Assembly (NCBI GenBank): GCA_041690135.1 | Contig: JAWLHY010000010.1 | Coordinates: 288,001-352,000, forward strand | Reading direction: 5' to 3' | Length of the DNA: 64,000 nt | Origin: Armatimonadota bacterium | GTDB taxonomy: Bacteria > Armatimonadota > SYMT01 | In this document: positions 47,320 to 59,108 of the stretch, piece after piece | How positions within the stretch are numbered: the stretch's first letter is position 1 | Layout of the letters: every line of letters starts with the position of its first letter | Program-made: the position numbers and the translations under genes | The notes under the pieces: model-generated | Told to the model about the DNA's origin: nothing | What the model saw: the letters and a program-made list of their open reading frames with translations, nothing else | Database searches by the model: none

Positions 47320-48948
47320 CTAAGGAGCGGATAACCGAATCCGCAGCAGTTCATGGCCCCCTCCGAGGTCGACCCGGTCCCACTGCTTTTGCCACAGGCC
47401 GATGTGGTAGGGCAGGTCCTCCCATGTACGGGAAAGGGCATAGGTGGGAAGCCCTTCCTGCCGGAGCTGCGTGGGGGTGGCCAGGCGGAGAAAGGAGAGG
47501 CGGGAAAACCCCGGAGGGAGGTGCGGCAGTTCCGCCACCACCTGCACCGTATCGGCCGCATACTCCGGCAGGAGATGCTGGACCGTCCGCAGGCCGTCCG
47601 TGGAGTTCCAGGAGACGAGCAGTCGCACCTGGCCGGGCGCATGGCGTGCCGCCAGGAAGCGGCGCAGGTTTCGGTAGTACTCCGCGTGGTCCCGGATTTC
47701 GGCGTGACTCAAGGAACGCTGCGCGAGTGGCCCCCAGCCGGGCCACCCGGCCAGGAATAATCCGGAGTTAGCGAGAGCGAGAAGGATCAGGCCTGCCGCA
47801 AATACAGGAGCCCGACCGTCGATCGGTTTCGCATGCCGCCCATTGCTGGTCGCGAAGCGGGCGGAGGGCCGAACTGTGGCTGCACTAAGCGCGGCGATGA
47901 GAAACCCCGCGTAAGTCAGCGCATACCCCGGCGAGTTGAAATGTCCTAACAGATAGAAGAGAGAGGCGGGCGTAATGATCAGAAAGCCAAGCACCCAGAC
48001 CCGGAAGGGAATCTCCGGCAGGACCCCGGCGCCGGCAGCGTGGGAGCCGTGCGAGGAACGCCGTGCTCCAATCAGGATCGCGAACGGCAAAAGCACCCAT
48101 CCCGCGCCAAAGGCACTTTCGAGGCACCGGCGGTGGGTGATCCACGCCTCGTAGAGCGCCGGCCAGCCGGACACCAGCGCGCTGCTGCGGGAGAGGAGGT
48201 GTTCTTGTCCTCTCAGGCTCTCCACATACGCAGCCACCCCACCCGTATTGGCGATGTTGGGAACGAGCCAACCCAGGGTGACCAGGCCCGCTACCGCAAG
48301 GCTGGCCACTGGAACGCGGAGACGCGCAGCAAGCCCCTTGGGTTCACCCACACCGGAACCGGCCCAGAGTGCCCAGAGGTATGCAGGAACAAGGAACGCC
48401 ACATCGGTCGGCCGGAAGCCACCCACCAGCCCCAACGTGGCTCCGGCCAGGACGGCATTGCCCGACCTGCCTTCCTTCAAATAGAGCAAGCAGGCGAGCG
48501 CGATGCCTGCCGTCAGAGCGCCGGTCGGGCCGTAATTCAACCCTACCGATCCGTAGAACCAGAAGAGTGGCGCCGTGGCAGCCGTCAGTGCTGCCAGCCC
48601 GCCGGCCATGGGTCCCCCGAGCTCCTTTCCCAGGCGGTACAACAGCAGGACATATCCGGACCCGGAAAGCGCGCTGATCAAGAGGAGCGCTGCGTGGGGA
48701 TCCTGGGTCAGAAGGCGCGCAGCCCGGGCGAGCAGGACGTAGTAGAAACTACCGGGGGGATGCGGCTGATGGCTCCGGATGTCGTAGCGATCCAGCGCCA
48801 GCAGGTAGTGGACGGAGTCCCAGTTATAGACCACCGGCGTGCGGGTCCACCACCGCAGGGCTACCGCCGCCAGAGCCAGCACCGCCAGCATCAAGAAGCC
48901 GGGCGAGAGATTGGGGAAACCGAACTTGCGTCGGGAAGCGAATATCAC
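47320..48948 (-). CDS. GT-C fold membrane glycosyltransferase (ArnT/PMT-like)
   Basis: WDSVHY...HQPHPPG and GFRP motifs; many TM helices. Confidence 0.75.
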   Translation of the reverse strand: MIFASRRKFGFPNLSPGFLMLAVLALAAVALRWWTRTPVVYNWDSVHYLLALDRYDIRSHQPHPPGSFYYVLLARAARLLTQDPHAALLLISALSGSGYVLLLYRLGKELGGPMAGGLAALTAATAPLFWFYGSVGLNYGPTGALTAGIALACLLYLKEGRSGNAVLAGATLGLVGGFRPTDVAFLVPAYLWALWAGSGVGEPKGLAARLRVPVASLAVAGLVTLGWLVPNIANTGGVAAYVESLRGQEHLLSRSSALVSGWPALYEAWITHRRCLESAFGAGWVLLPFAILIGARRSSHGSHAAGAGVLPEIPFRVWVLGFLIITPASLFYLLGHFNSPGYALTYAGFLIAALSAATVRPSARFATSNGRHAKPIDGRAPVFAAGLILLALANSGLFLAGWPGWGPLAQRSLSHAEIRDHAEYYRNLRRFLAARHAPGQVRLLVSWNSTDGLRTVQHLLPEYAADTVQVVAELPHLPPGFSRLSFLRLATPTQLRQEGLPTYALSRTWEDLPYHIGLWQKQWDRVDLGGGHELLRIRLSAP

Positions 48949-49145
48949 CGTTAAGCGCGCTCCCCCACGCGAGAAAGCAATCGTCCGCTCCGACAGGAAT
49001 CAACGGGCCGATAGGGAAAAACTGAACCGGGAGTGCTGTGCATCGGTCTATGGATTGGGCACTCCCCCTCCATAATCCTTGCTTCGTCACCCTTCGTTAA
49101 CGGAACGGCCGTCCTGTCAGGGCCGTGAGGAGAGAAACAACAGGT

Positions 49146-50048
49146 ATGCTCCGGAGAACTAACCTCCTTCCCGCACGGCTGGCCGCGGGTGCTCTGGCGG
49201 CGAGCGGCGTACTGCTCGGTGTGGCCCTGACCCCGCGTCCCGCGCCGGCCCAGGCGCTGAGCGGCTTCGACGTGTACCGGACCCACTGCGGCGGCTGCCA
49301 TGAGCTTTATGATCCGGAAGACCCCAAGCGGACCCGGAAAGAATGGGATACGATCGTCGTACGAATGATCAAGGAGCGCGGGGCCACCCTCAACAAGCAG
49401 GAGGTCACCGCCGTTCTCAACTACCTGGACAGTTTTAACCGGCCCCCGCGGCAGATCCGTTGGCTCGACCAGCCGGCGAAGTCGCGGAAGGCCGCCCTCA
49501 CCGCCCAGGACGCCGGGAAGCTGCCGGCCGAGTGGGTCGACCTCACTCTGGGGACCGACCAGGTGGTGCCGTGGGCCGTCCAGGCGGATGCTTCCGGCAA
49601 GGCCTTCTACCTCTCCCCGCTCAAAGCCGCGGGAGAGAACCAGTACCCGGCGCTGATCGACAACACGGGGCTGGTGGATGACGGCACGGCTACCGCCCGC
49701 GTCCAGATCGTCTCGGGAAAGAACCCCGTGGGCGCCGGCATCCTCTTCGGATACCGCAACACACAGGCGTTCTACGGAGTCCGGATCAGCCCGCGGGACG
49801 TGGTCCTCTACGAGGTCAACGGCGGCCAGCGTGCCCTGCTGGCCCGCGCCCCCCTGGCCCTCCCCAACAAGCAGTGGCATACGCTCGGAGTATCGGTCAA
49901 GGGCAAGCAGGTCACCATCGCCGTCAACGGCAAGCCGATGGGCAACCTCACCCGCACCCTCAACGGCTACCAGGGCGGGCGCCTCGGGCTGCACACCCAG
50001 GGGGATACCGTCGCCCTGTTCGACCAGTGGCAGGTCGAGGTGCAGTAA
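49146..50048 (+). CDS. Secreted cytochrome c fused to a ConA-like/DUF1080-like domain
   Basis: Signal peptide; CGGCH, W...V.RM and LNYL; C-terminal WHTL.V...G.LGL...FD. Confidence 0.75.
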   Translation: MLRRTNLLPARLAAGALAASGVLLGVALTPRPAPAQALSGFDVYRTHCGGCHELYDPEDPKRTRKEWDTIVVRMIKERGATLNKQEVTAVLNYLDSFNRPPRQIRWLDQPAKSRKAALTAQDAGKLPAEWVDLTLGTDQVVPWAVQADASGKAFYLSPLKAAGENQYPALIDNTGLVDDGTATARVQIVSGKNPVGAGILFGYRNTQAFYGVRISPRDVVLYEVNGGQRALLARAPLALPNKQWHTLGVSVKGKQVTIAVNGKPMGNLTRTLNGYQGGRLGLHTQGDTVALFDQWQVEVQ

Positions 50049-50070
50049 CCCGACTACTCAAAGCCCAGTC

Positions 50071-50114
50071 AAAAGCAGCAGGCATCGCGGCACACCGCGG
50101 TGCCTGCTGCTTTT
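50071..50114. terminator. Bidirectional terminator
   Basis: AAAAGCAGCAGGCA...TGCCTGCTGCTTTT. Confidence 0.85.
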
Positions 50115-50184
50115 GTACAACACGAGCGAAAGAATTCTCGACGCGGGCGAACTTTCTGGCAGTCCCGGCGCCTCTGGTTCATGA

Positions 50185-50784
50185 ATGCACGCTCCTGACG
50201 CTCTCAATTCCACCCTGGCCTCCCCGGATGCTCTGCTTGCGTCCTCGTCCGAGCCATTGGCCGATGAGGAGGCCCGCTGGGTCGCGGCTGCAACCCGGGG
50301 AGATGCAGAAGCGACGCTGGAACTGCTGGCGCGCTACCGCCCGCCGTTGGTCCGGCTATTGGCCGGCGTGATGGGCGATTGGAGCGCGGCGGAAGACGCG
50401 GTGCAGGAGAGTTTCCTGCAGGCGTTCCGGAACCTGAAGCAATTGCGAGACCCGCACCGGTTCTATCCCTGGGTGCGGCGGTCGGCCCTACGCCTCGCTG
50501 TGAAAGCCGTGCGGGGGCGCAAAGAGCTGCCTTTCGAAGCGGCCGCCGATATGGCGACCACCGGAGACCCCGCCGGCGTGGTGGAACAGCGGATCCTGAT
50601 CGCCGAGATCCTGGCCCGGATTCCGGCCGACCTGCGGGTTACCCTGGTGCTGCGGGAGATGGAAGGCATGGATTACGCGGAAATCGCCGAAGAGCTCGGC
50701 ATCCCCATTGGAACCGTTCGCTCGCGCCTCTTCGCCGCACGCGAGCAGTTCCGCCGGGTGTGGGAGGAGCGCCATGCCGATTGA
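50185..50784 (+). CDS. ECF RNA polymerase sigma factor
   Basis: AEDAVQESFL and YAEIAEELGIPIGTVRSRL. Confidence 0.93.
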   Translation: MHAPDALNSTLASPDALLASSSEPLADEEARWVAAATRGDAEATLELLARYRPPLVRLLAGVMGDWSAAEDAVQESFLQAFRNLKQLRDPHRFYPWVRRSALRLAVKAVRGRKELPFEAAADMATTGDPAGVVEQRILIAEILARIPADLRVTLVLREMEGMDYAEIAEELGIPIGTVRSRLFAAREQFRRVWEERHAD

Positions 50785-50806
50785 ACCTGGAGACGGGGAG
50801 GGAACC

Positions 50807-51385
50807 ATGAACGACCGCGAAGATTGCCGGCAGACCCGCCGGCTCTGGATGGACCGTTTCGACGGTGGTGAGCGAACCGGAATCCTACCGGATGCCCAGG
50901 AGCAGCACCTCGATCGCTGTGCCGCCTGCCGTGCGTTCATCAGCGCCGCGGCCCAGGCACGGGCCGCAATCGCGGCGATGCCGCTTCCCGCACCGGATCT
51001 CCGCGCCGACCGGGAGCTACTGGAAGCTCTCTCGCAGCCAGTGCGACGGACGGGGTGGCTGGAGCGCTTGCGGACCGCTTTCAACCCGGTTAGCCTCCGG
51101 CCCCTACTTGCGGCGGGAATGGCTTCGTTCGCCGTCACCCTGGGGGTGGGGGCAACACTGGCCACGGCGCCCGTCCGCCCGCCGGTGGCTGGAAGCTCGG
51201 ACTATGCCGAAGAGGCGCCGACCCGCCGGGCGGAGGGCGACTACGAAGCCCGCCTGGAGGAGTGGATCGCGGAGCCGGCGTCCCGGCTGCGACCCCGGCG
51301 GCCCCAGCGATTTCCCCGGCCCGCCGTGCCGCGAAAGCGCCCCAGCGAGCGCAGCGACAGTATTCCTTCCAGCCACCGCGCCTGA
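50807..51385 (+). CDS. Zinc-finger anti-sigma factor
   Basis: HLDRCAAC (HxxxCxxC) plus TM helix, directly after the ECF gene; start may be 50774. Confidence 0.8.
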   Translation: MNDREDCRQTRRLWMDRFDGGERTGILPDAQEQHLDRCAACRAFISAAAQARAAIAAMPLPAPDLRADRELLEALSQPVRRTGWLERLRTAFNPVSLRPLLAAGMASFAVTLGVGATLATAPVRPPVAGSSDYAEEAPTRRAEGDYEARLEEWIAEPASRLRPRRPQRFPRPAVPRKRPSERSDSIPSSHRA

Positions 51386-51417
51386 AGAGGCCTGCCATCA
51401 GGAGAGGAGAGAGGCAT

Positions 51418-53388
51418 ATGTCCACACCGAGACTGCGGCTCCAGATCGCGCAAGACGAAGCGGAACGACCGGCGGACACGCACGTCCTCTTCCGCCAGCA
51501 GATGGGATGGGTGATGCTGCTGGGAGCCTTCCTGGCCCTGCTGTGTATTCCGCCCTTCCGGCGCACCTTTCTCACGCAAGCCCGTGCTGCCTGGACTTAC
51601 CACATGCCGGCGTGGGCGGAGCGCAACGAGGCCCACCGCCAACGCCTGGCGTCCATCCTCGACCGAAGCCCGAATGCGTTCCCTCTCCAACTGGGTGGGC
51701 TCATCGCGGGGGCAGAGGACACTCAAGCACCTGCATGGACAGCGTCGTACAGCAGCACTCGTGCCGTCCCGGGAACCCGCAATCCGGACCGCCAATTTCA
51801 CTATGCCACGGAGGAAGGCAGCCGCCACGATCCCTGGGTCCTCTACTACGAAAACATTGCGGAGCGCTTCCCCGAAGAACCGGCGGCTCTGGCATCCTAC
51901 CTGCGGATCCTCACACAGCGGGTAATCAAGATCCATCGGCCGGAGCGAAGGGAAGCGTCGGACCCCAAGCAGCCCCTTCACTTTCTCGATCCGGGGTTGC
52001 TGAAGCGCGTGGAAAACCACGTGGAGCGTGGCCGGAGAATCGATCCGGAGAACGGATACTTTCCCACGATGCTCGCCGTGGCGCAGATCGCGGCCGGAAA
52101 GGATGAAGCAGCCCTGGATAGCCTGGCCGCCGCGGCGCTTTGCCCCAAATGGCACGACTACGCCTACCAAGAGGGTTACGGCGCGCGGGACCTGCTGATC
52201 CGCGCTTACGGCGACCACGGGCTGGCGATGCACGCCACCGGGCCGTTCAGCATAGTTCTCCCGCACTTCTCATTCATCCGCGCAACCGTCCGGGTGGCGC
52301 GTGACATCGCCGATGCGGAAGCGCGTGCCGGAAACACCGCCGCGGAGCACGCCATCCGCACGGACCTGATTCGCCTGGGGTCGGTGATGCGCTCCAGTGG
52401 CGACACCCTGATCGGCCGGCTCGTCGGAAATGCAATCCGCGAGATCGGCTTCCGTCCCTGGCAAACGGAAGATCGGGCACGCCCCCACTCGGAGGACCGC
52501 CAGGCAGCGCTTCTGGAAGAGTTCACCGCCTATGCCCGTGAGGTGAGCCGCAAGGCTCCCCACCTGGCGGCGCAGGTGGAAGCCGACCTCGTGGCTTATC
52601 GCGACCATCCCGTATCCAAGGAAACGCGGCACCTGACCGACCCGTACCGGCGCCTGCTGTTCCTGGCCCAGGTGCGCGAAGTGACGGGCCTCACCCTCCT
52701 CCATCAGGCCGGGGTCGCGCTCGCCACCTGGGCTTTCGCGGCCCTGCTGGCTCTGACGGCCGCCTGGATCTCCGGCCGGCGGCTTGTGGCCCGAACGGGT
52801 AGCCAGCGGTGGTCCGAATATTCGGTTTTCACACGCCTGCTGCTCCTGGGGGTCGGCATACTGCCGTTCCTCTTTTCCCTCCTGGTGGGGATGCCCGATT
52901 TCACCGCTTCGCTGGTACTGGGTATCGGCGCGCTTCTCATCATTCGCAAGCTGGCCGTGGGAAGCGATCTGCCGTGGTCCGGGCGGCAGGTGGGCTTTCT
53001 TACCGTGTTGGGTTTGGTTGGCGCCACAGCGGGGCTTCTCGCGTCCGGACAGCCCATCAACGAAACCTGGGGCCAGGTGTGCCCCCTCGCGACGTACGTG
53101 ACGACAGATGATGGGATACGGGCCTTCGACGAAGATGCCTGGGCGGGTATGGCCCTACCCCTCCCGCTGGCGCTCGCGGTGCTAGTGCTGCTGATCGGCT
53201 TCGTGCGTGGTGCCTCAACCGCGAGCCTGTTCCACGGGCTACGGGCCTCGGCGAAGGCGGCCAGCGCGATCCTGGTTACGGCGTACCTCGCCACCCTGCT
53301 CTGGACCGTGCCGGCCGATCGCGCCGCAACACAGGCCTTCGATCAATTCCTGGATCGGGAGATTCACGGAACGGTGAATCTCCCGTGA
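51418..53388 (+). CDS. Large hypothetical membrane protein
   Basis: N-terminal TM, helical extracytoplasmic region (DPENGYF), about 7 C-terminal TM helices. Confidence 0.75.
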   Translation: MSTPRLRLQIAQDEAERPADTHVLFRQQMGWVMLLGAFLALLCIPPFRRTFLTQARAAWTYHMPAWAERNEAHRQRLASILDRSPNAFPLQLGGLIAGAEDTQAPAWTASYSSTRAVPGTRNPDRQFHYATEEGSRHDPWVLYYENIAERFPEEPAALASYLRILTQRVIKIHRPERREASDPKQPLHFLDPGLLKRVENHVERGRRIDPENGYFPTMLAVAQIAAGKDEAALDSLAAAALCPKWHDYAYQEGYGARDLLIRAYGDHGLAMHATGPFSIVLPHFSFIRATVRVARDIADAEARAGNTAAEHAIRTDLIRLGSVMRSSGDTLIGRLVGNAIREIGFRPWQTEDRARPHSEDRQAALLEEFTAYAREVSRKAPHLAAQVEADLVAYRDHPVSKETRHLTDPYRRLLFLAQVREVTGLTLLHQAGVALATWAFAALLALTAAWISGRRLVARTGSQRWSEYSVFTRLLLLGVGILPFLFSLLVGMPDFTASLVLGIGALLIIRKLAVGSDLPWSGRQVGFLTVLGLVGATAGLLASGQPINETWGQVCPLATYVTTDDGIRAFDEDAWAGMALPLPLALAVLVLLIGFVRGASTASLFHGLRASAKAASAILVTAYLATLLWTVPADRAATQAFDQFLDREIHGTVNLP

Positions 53389-53405
53389 TCCTTTCGACTA
53401 AGCCC

Positions 53406-55489
<2,084 letters not shown>

Positions 55490-55509
55490 GGGTCGGATCT
55501 CCTCCGGAA

Positions 55510-56832
55510 TCAAGAAGGCAGCCGGCGCAGGCGAGCCACCAGCAGCAGGCTCACGGTGAAGTAGAGGATGCCCGCAGCCTGCAGCTCGATCCGCATGCCG
55601 ATCTCATCCACCAGCTTCGTCACCAGCAGGGCCGCGAACGGCATCACCCCGGTGAACATCATCGTGTACAGTGCCATCACCCGCCCGCGGATGTGGTCTT
55701 CCGCCAGCTCTTGCACGATGATCGAGGCCAGCCCCAGCGAGTGGGCGATGGCCACCGACTGCAGCCCGATGGCGGGGACGGCCAGCCAGAGCCCCGGCGC
55801 CCAGGCCAGGAGACTCATGGAGACGAGGATCACTCCCGTGCAGAGAGCGATCCGGTTCACCCGCTGCGCCGGCGGCGTGCTAAGGAGCAGCGCGGCGCCC
55901 AGGAGCGAGCCGGCTCCCGACACCGACATCAGGATCCCCAGGCCGCCCGCACCCACCTGCAACACCTGCCGGGCATAGTAGGGAGTGAGCACGGCCAGGT
56001 TCGGGAAGATACAGAAGGTGGTGATCCCCGTAAGCCCCAGCAGGGCCACGATCTGGGGACGGTCGCGCACGTAGCGGACCCCTTCTTTCATCATCGCGCC
56101 CGCGGAAGTGTGCGGCAGGCCCGGGGCCGGACGGCGCGGCCGGATCATCCCCAACGCCACGATGACGGCCAGAAAGCTGGCGGCATTGGCGAAAAAGGCG
56201 GAGGCGGTTCCCCACAGCGCGATCATCCATCCCGCCACGGCCGGACCGATGATCCGCGACCCGTGAAAGGTGGCCTGGTTCAGCGAGATCGCCTGCGGCA
56301 GCTCTTCCTTCTCGATCAACTGGGGATAGAAGGACTGGTACGCCGGCAGTTCGTAAGCCGTGGCGATGCCGAGCGGAAGGGCCAGCAGATAGACGTGCCA
56401 GAGCTCCAACCGACCCTGGTAGACCAGAACCCCCGTGACGGCGGCCAGCACCAGCAAGACCCACTGCGTGTACAGGAGAATCGCGCGCCGGTCGAAGCGG
56501 TCCGCCGCCACCCCACCCAGCGGCATCAACACCAGCGTGGGCAGCGCCATCGCGAAGTTGACGAGCCCCAACGCGAACGCTTCCTTCGTCAGGTTGGTCA
56601 CCACCCAACCCTGCGCGAACCCCTGCATCCAGGAACCGACCAGCGAGACGGCCTGCCCCGCCCAGAACAGGGCGAACTCCCGGTGCCGCAGCACCGCGAG
56701 CGGCCCGCGACCGCGAGCGGTTACGGGTTTGGAGGCCAATTCGGCTCCGGCCTCACCTTCCGCTTTTTCTCCGGCACCCTCGGAAGGTCCGGACACCGGT
56801 CTGTCGTTCGGATTCGCTTCGGCCGTCTCCAT
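55510..56832 (-). CDS. MFS transporter (MFS_3/DUF894-like)
   Basis: FWAGQAVSLVGSWMQ, GGVAADRFDRR; 12 TM helices. Confidence 0.92.
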   Translation of the reverse strand: METAEANPNDRPVSGPSEGAGEKAEGEAGAELASKPVTARGRGPLAVLRHREFALFWAGQAVSLVGSWMQGFAQGWVVTNLTKEAFALGLVNFAMALPTLVLMPLGGVAADRFDRRAILLYTQWVLLVLAAVTGVLVYQGRLELWHVYLLALPLGIATAYELPAYQSFYPQLIEKEELPQAISLNQATFHGSRIIGPAVAGWMIALWGTASAFFANAASFLAVIVALGMIRPRRPAPGLPHTSAGAMMKEGVRYVRDRPQIVALLGLTGITTFCIFPNLAVLTPYYARQVLQVGAGGLGILMSVSGAGSLLGAALLLSTPPAQRVNRIALCTGVILVSMSLLAWAPGLWLAVPAIGLQSVAIAHSLGLASIIVQELAEDHIRGRVMALYTMMFTGVMPFAALLVTKLVDEIGMRIELQAAGILYFTVSLLLVARLRRLPS

Positions 56833-56953
56833 AGCAAGGCAGTATAACCGGCGCCTTCCAAAGCTGTTAACCGCAAGTGGATGACAGCCTGCCGGGCACG
56901 TCCCTCCGCCGATATAACTCCGTGAGTGCTTCTTACTTTTGGTACCCGGAGGA

Positions 56954-57976
56954 ATGAGCGTGATCGGTATCGGCATCATCGGCGGCGGGCGCATCTGCGG
57001 CGCTCACGCCTCGGCGGCAACGGCGCTGCCCCAAACACGACTGGCGGCCATCGCGGAAGTGGATCCGGAGCGGCTGGCCCAACAGACGGAGCGCTGGGGC
57101 TGCAAGGGCTATGCGGACTATCGCGAGATGCTCCAGGACCCGGAGGTCCAGGCGGTCATCATTTGCCTGCCGCACTTCCTGCATAAGGACGTCACCGTCG
57201 ACTGCCTCCAGGCCGGCCGCCACGTGCTGCTGGAGAAGCCGATGGCGATGACCACCGAGGAGTGCGACGCCATGATCGCCGCCCGCGATGCCGCGGGGAA
57301 GGTGCTGATGGTCGCGCACACCCACCACTTCTTCCCCGTGAACCTGAAGGCCAGGCGGATCATCCAGGACGGCGGCATCGGGAACCTGGTCCTGGCCACC
57401 GACACCTGGTACAAGGCCTTTTGGGACGGGCAGCGCCCCGCATGGTTCCTGGAAGCGGAGAAAGGCGGGGGGATGTGGCCGATGAACGGGAGCCACATGA
57501 TCGACCGTCTCACCTTCTTCACGGGCAGCGAAGTAGTGGCGGTCAAGGCGAAGATCGGCAGCCCCTTCTTTGGCCTCTCCGCTACCGACATGGGCGTGGC
57601 CTACCTGGACTTCGCCAACGGCGTTCCCGCCACCATCATGCACGCCGGTTTCCGCGAAGGGGTGAACCGCTTTGAGGCGGAGATCACCGGCACCGAGGGT
57701 CAGCTCCGGTTCAGCGGCGACAACGGCGGGGGAAAGACCCTCTGGATCAGCCGCGAGCGCCGCTGGGACGAGATCACGGTGGAGCCGCCGGTCCTGCCTG
57801 CGAAACCGGGCACCGAGGCCCCGGCGCCCGGTATCGGGACTGAGGTCCACGAGTTCGCCCTCTCCATCCTGGAAGGCCGCGAGCCCGCCGTTACCGCAGA
57901 GTACGGGCGACAGATCGTGCGGGTGCTGGAAGCATGTGAAGAAAGCAGCCGCACCGGGCGGGAAGTCCGCCTCTAA
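56954..57976 (+). CDS. Gfo/Idh/MocA oxidoreductase
   Basis: IGIIGGGRI, HVLLEKPMA and GGGM..NGSHMID. Confidence 0.92.
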   Translation: MSVIGIGIIGGGRICGAHASAATALPQTRLAAIAEVDPERLAQQTERWGCKGYADYREMLQDPEVQAVIICLPHFLHKDVTVDCLQAGRHVLLEKPMAMTTEECDAMIAARDAAGKVLMVAHTHHFFPVNLKARRIIQDGGIGNLVLATDTWYKAFWDGQRPAWFLEAEKGGGMWPMNGSHMIDRLTFFTGSEVVAVKAKIGSPFFGLSATDMGVAYLDFANGVPATIMHAGFREGVNRFEAEITGTEGQLRFSGDNGGGKTLWISRERRWDEITVEPPVLPAKPGTEAPAPGIGTEVHEFALSILEGREPAVTAEYGRQIVRVLEACEESSRTGREVRL

Positions 57977-57990
57977 CTAACGCTCGCCGG

Positions 57991-59001
57991 TCAGGGAAGT
58001 TTCTGGCCGGCGAGTGTCTTCTCCATCGCGGCGCGAACTTCGGGGTGGGTTTCACGCACGAAGGCGGCCTGCAGCCGCTTGACCCGGACCTCGTTAAGGT
58101 AATGGCGATTGAGGACGCGGGCGGCGCGAATGCGGACCGCCGGCTCGGGGTTCTTCTCCAGCATCTCGTAGAAGGCCGCGCCATCCACTCCGCTCCAGAA
58201 AAGCGCGCTGGCCGCCTGCTCCGCGACCTTCTCGTCCGGGTCGATGAGCGCGGCCCGGACGATCGCCGCCTTCGCCTCCTCGCGATCGGAGTTGTCGCGG
58301 TCCGTCGCCACCGAACTCAAGGGGCTGATGGTGGCATGCCGGACGGCGGCGTTCCCATCCCGCAGGGCGTTCAGCAGGACCCGGTTCGCTTCCGGTGTGT
58401 CGAGCATCCGCAGCGCCCGGCAGGCATCGTTGTAGAAGTAGGGCTCGTCCTTCGGAAGTTCCGCCTTCAACGCCTTCTCCAGATGCATCACCCCGGCTGG
58501 ATCCCCCACCCTGCCGAGAGCGATCAACACGTCGCTGCGACTGCAGGTGGCGGTGCGGCTGCCCTCGTAGGCGGTGGCGAGGAGGGTATCCCGGGGCGAA
58601 CGGGTATCCCCCAGCGCCGCCAGGGTGCATGCGGCGGCAAGCCGGACATCGGGGCTGCGCTCTTCCCGAAGGATGCGCCGGAGCACCGATAGGTGGGTGC
58701 GGATCTCGGTATGCTCCAACTCCCGGCACGCCTTGGCGCGGCGGCCTTCCGGCTCCCTCTCCGCCTGCACGATTTCGACCAGGCGCGCCACGGCCTCCTC
58801 CCCGTACTTCTTGGGTGCCGCGGACGCATGGGGCGTACCCACCAGCACTCCCACGACAACGGCCAGGCAACAGGCGTAGCTCGTGATGCGGGATTTGTAG
58901 TGCGTAATGCGTGATGCGTGAGCCGTAATGCGTGACGCGTGATGTGTGAGACTGGGGCACCGGAGGCGGTGCGGCGGTTGCAGGAGGCAGTGGAACTTCA
59001 T
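57991..59001 (-). CDS. Secreted HEAT-repeat protein
   Basis: Repeated VR.AA..AL motifs; N-terminus contains heptamer-derived HASRITH repeats; start uncertain. Confidence 0.75.
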   Translation of the reverse strand: MKFHCLLQPPHRLRCPSLTHHASRITAHASRITHYKSRITSYACCLAVVVGVLVGTPHASAAPKKYGEEAVARLVEIVQAEREPEGRRAKACRELEHTEIRTHLSVLRRILREERSPDVRLAAACTLAALGDTRSPRDTLLATAYEGSRTATCSRSDVLIALGRVGDPAGVMHLEKALKAELPKDEPYFYNDACRALRMLDTPEANRVLLNALRDGNAAVRHATISPLSSVATDRDNSDREEAKAAIVRAALIDPDEKVAEQAASALFWSGVDGAAFYEMLEKNPEPAVRIRAARVLNRHYLNEVRVKRLQAAFVRETHPEVRAAMEKTLAGQKLP

Positions 59002-59108
59002 GAGGTTTGGCCGGGCGCGCAGAATCGGAGGGGCGCCTCAGGTATTAGGACGCCTCAAACTGGTTAGTGTCTCAGCGATTTGCCGTCATCTGTAACGTCA
59101 GCGGGAAA

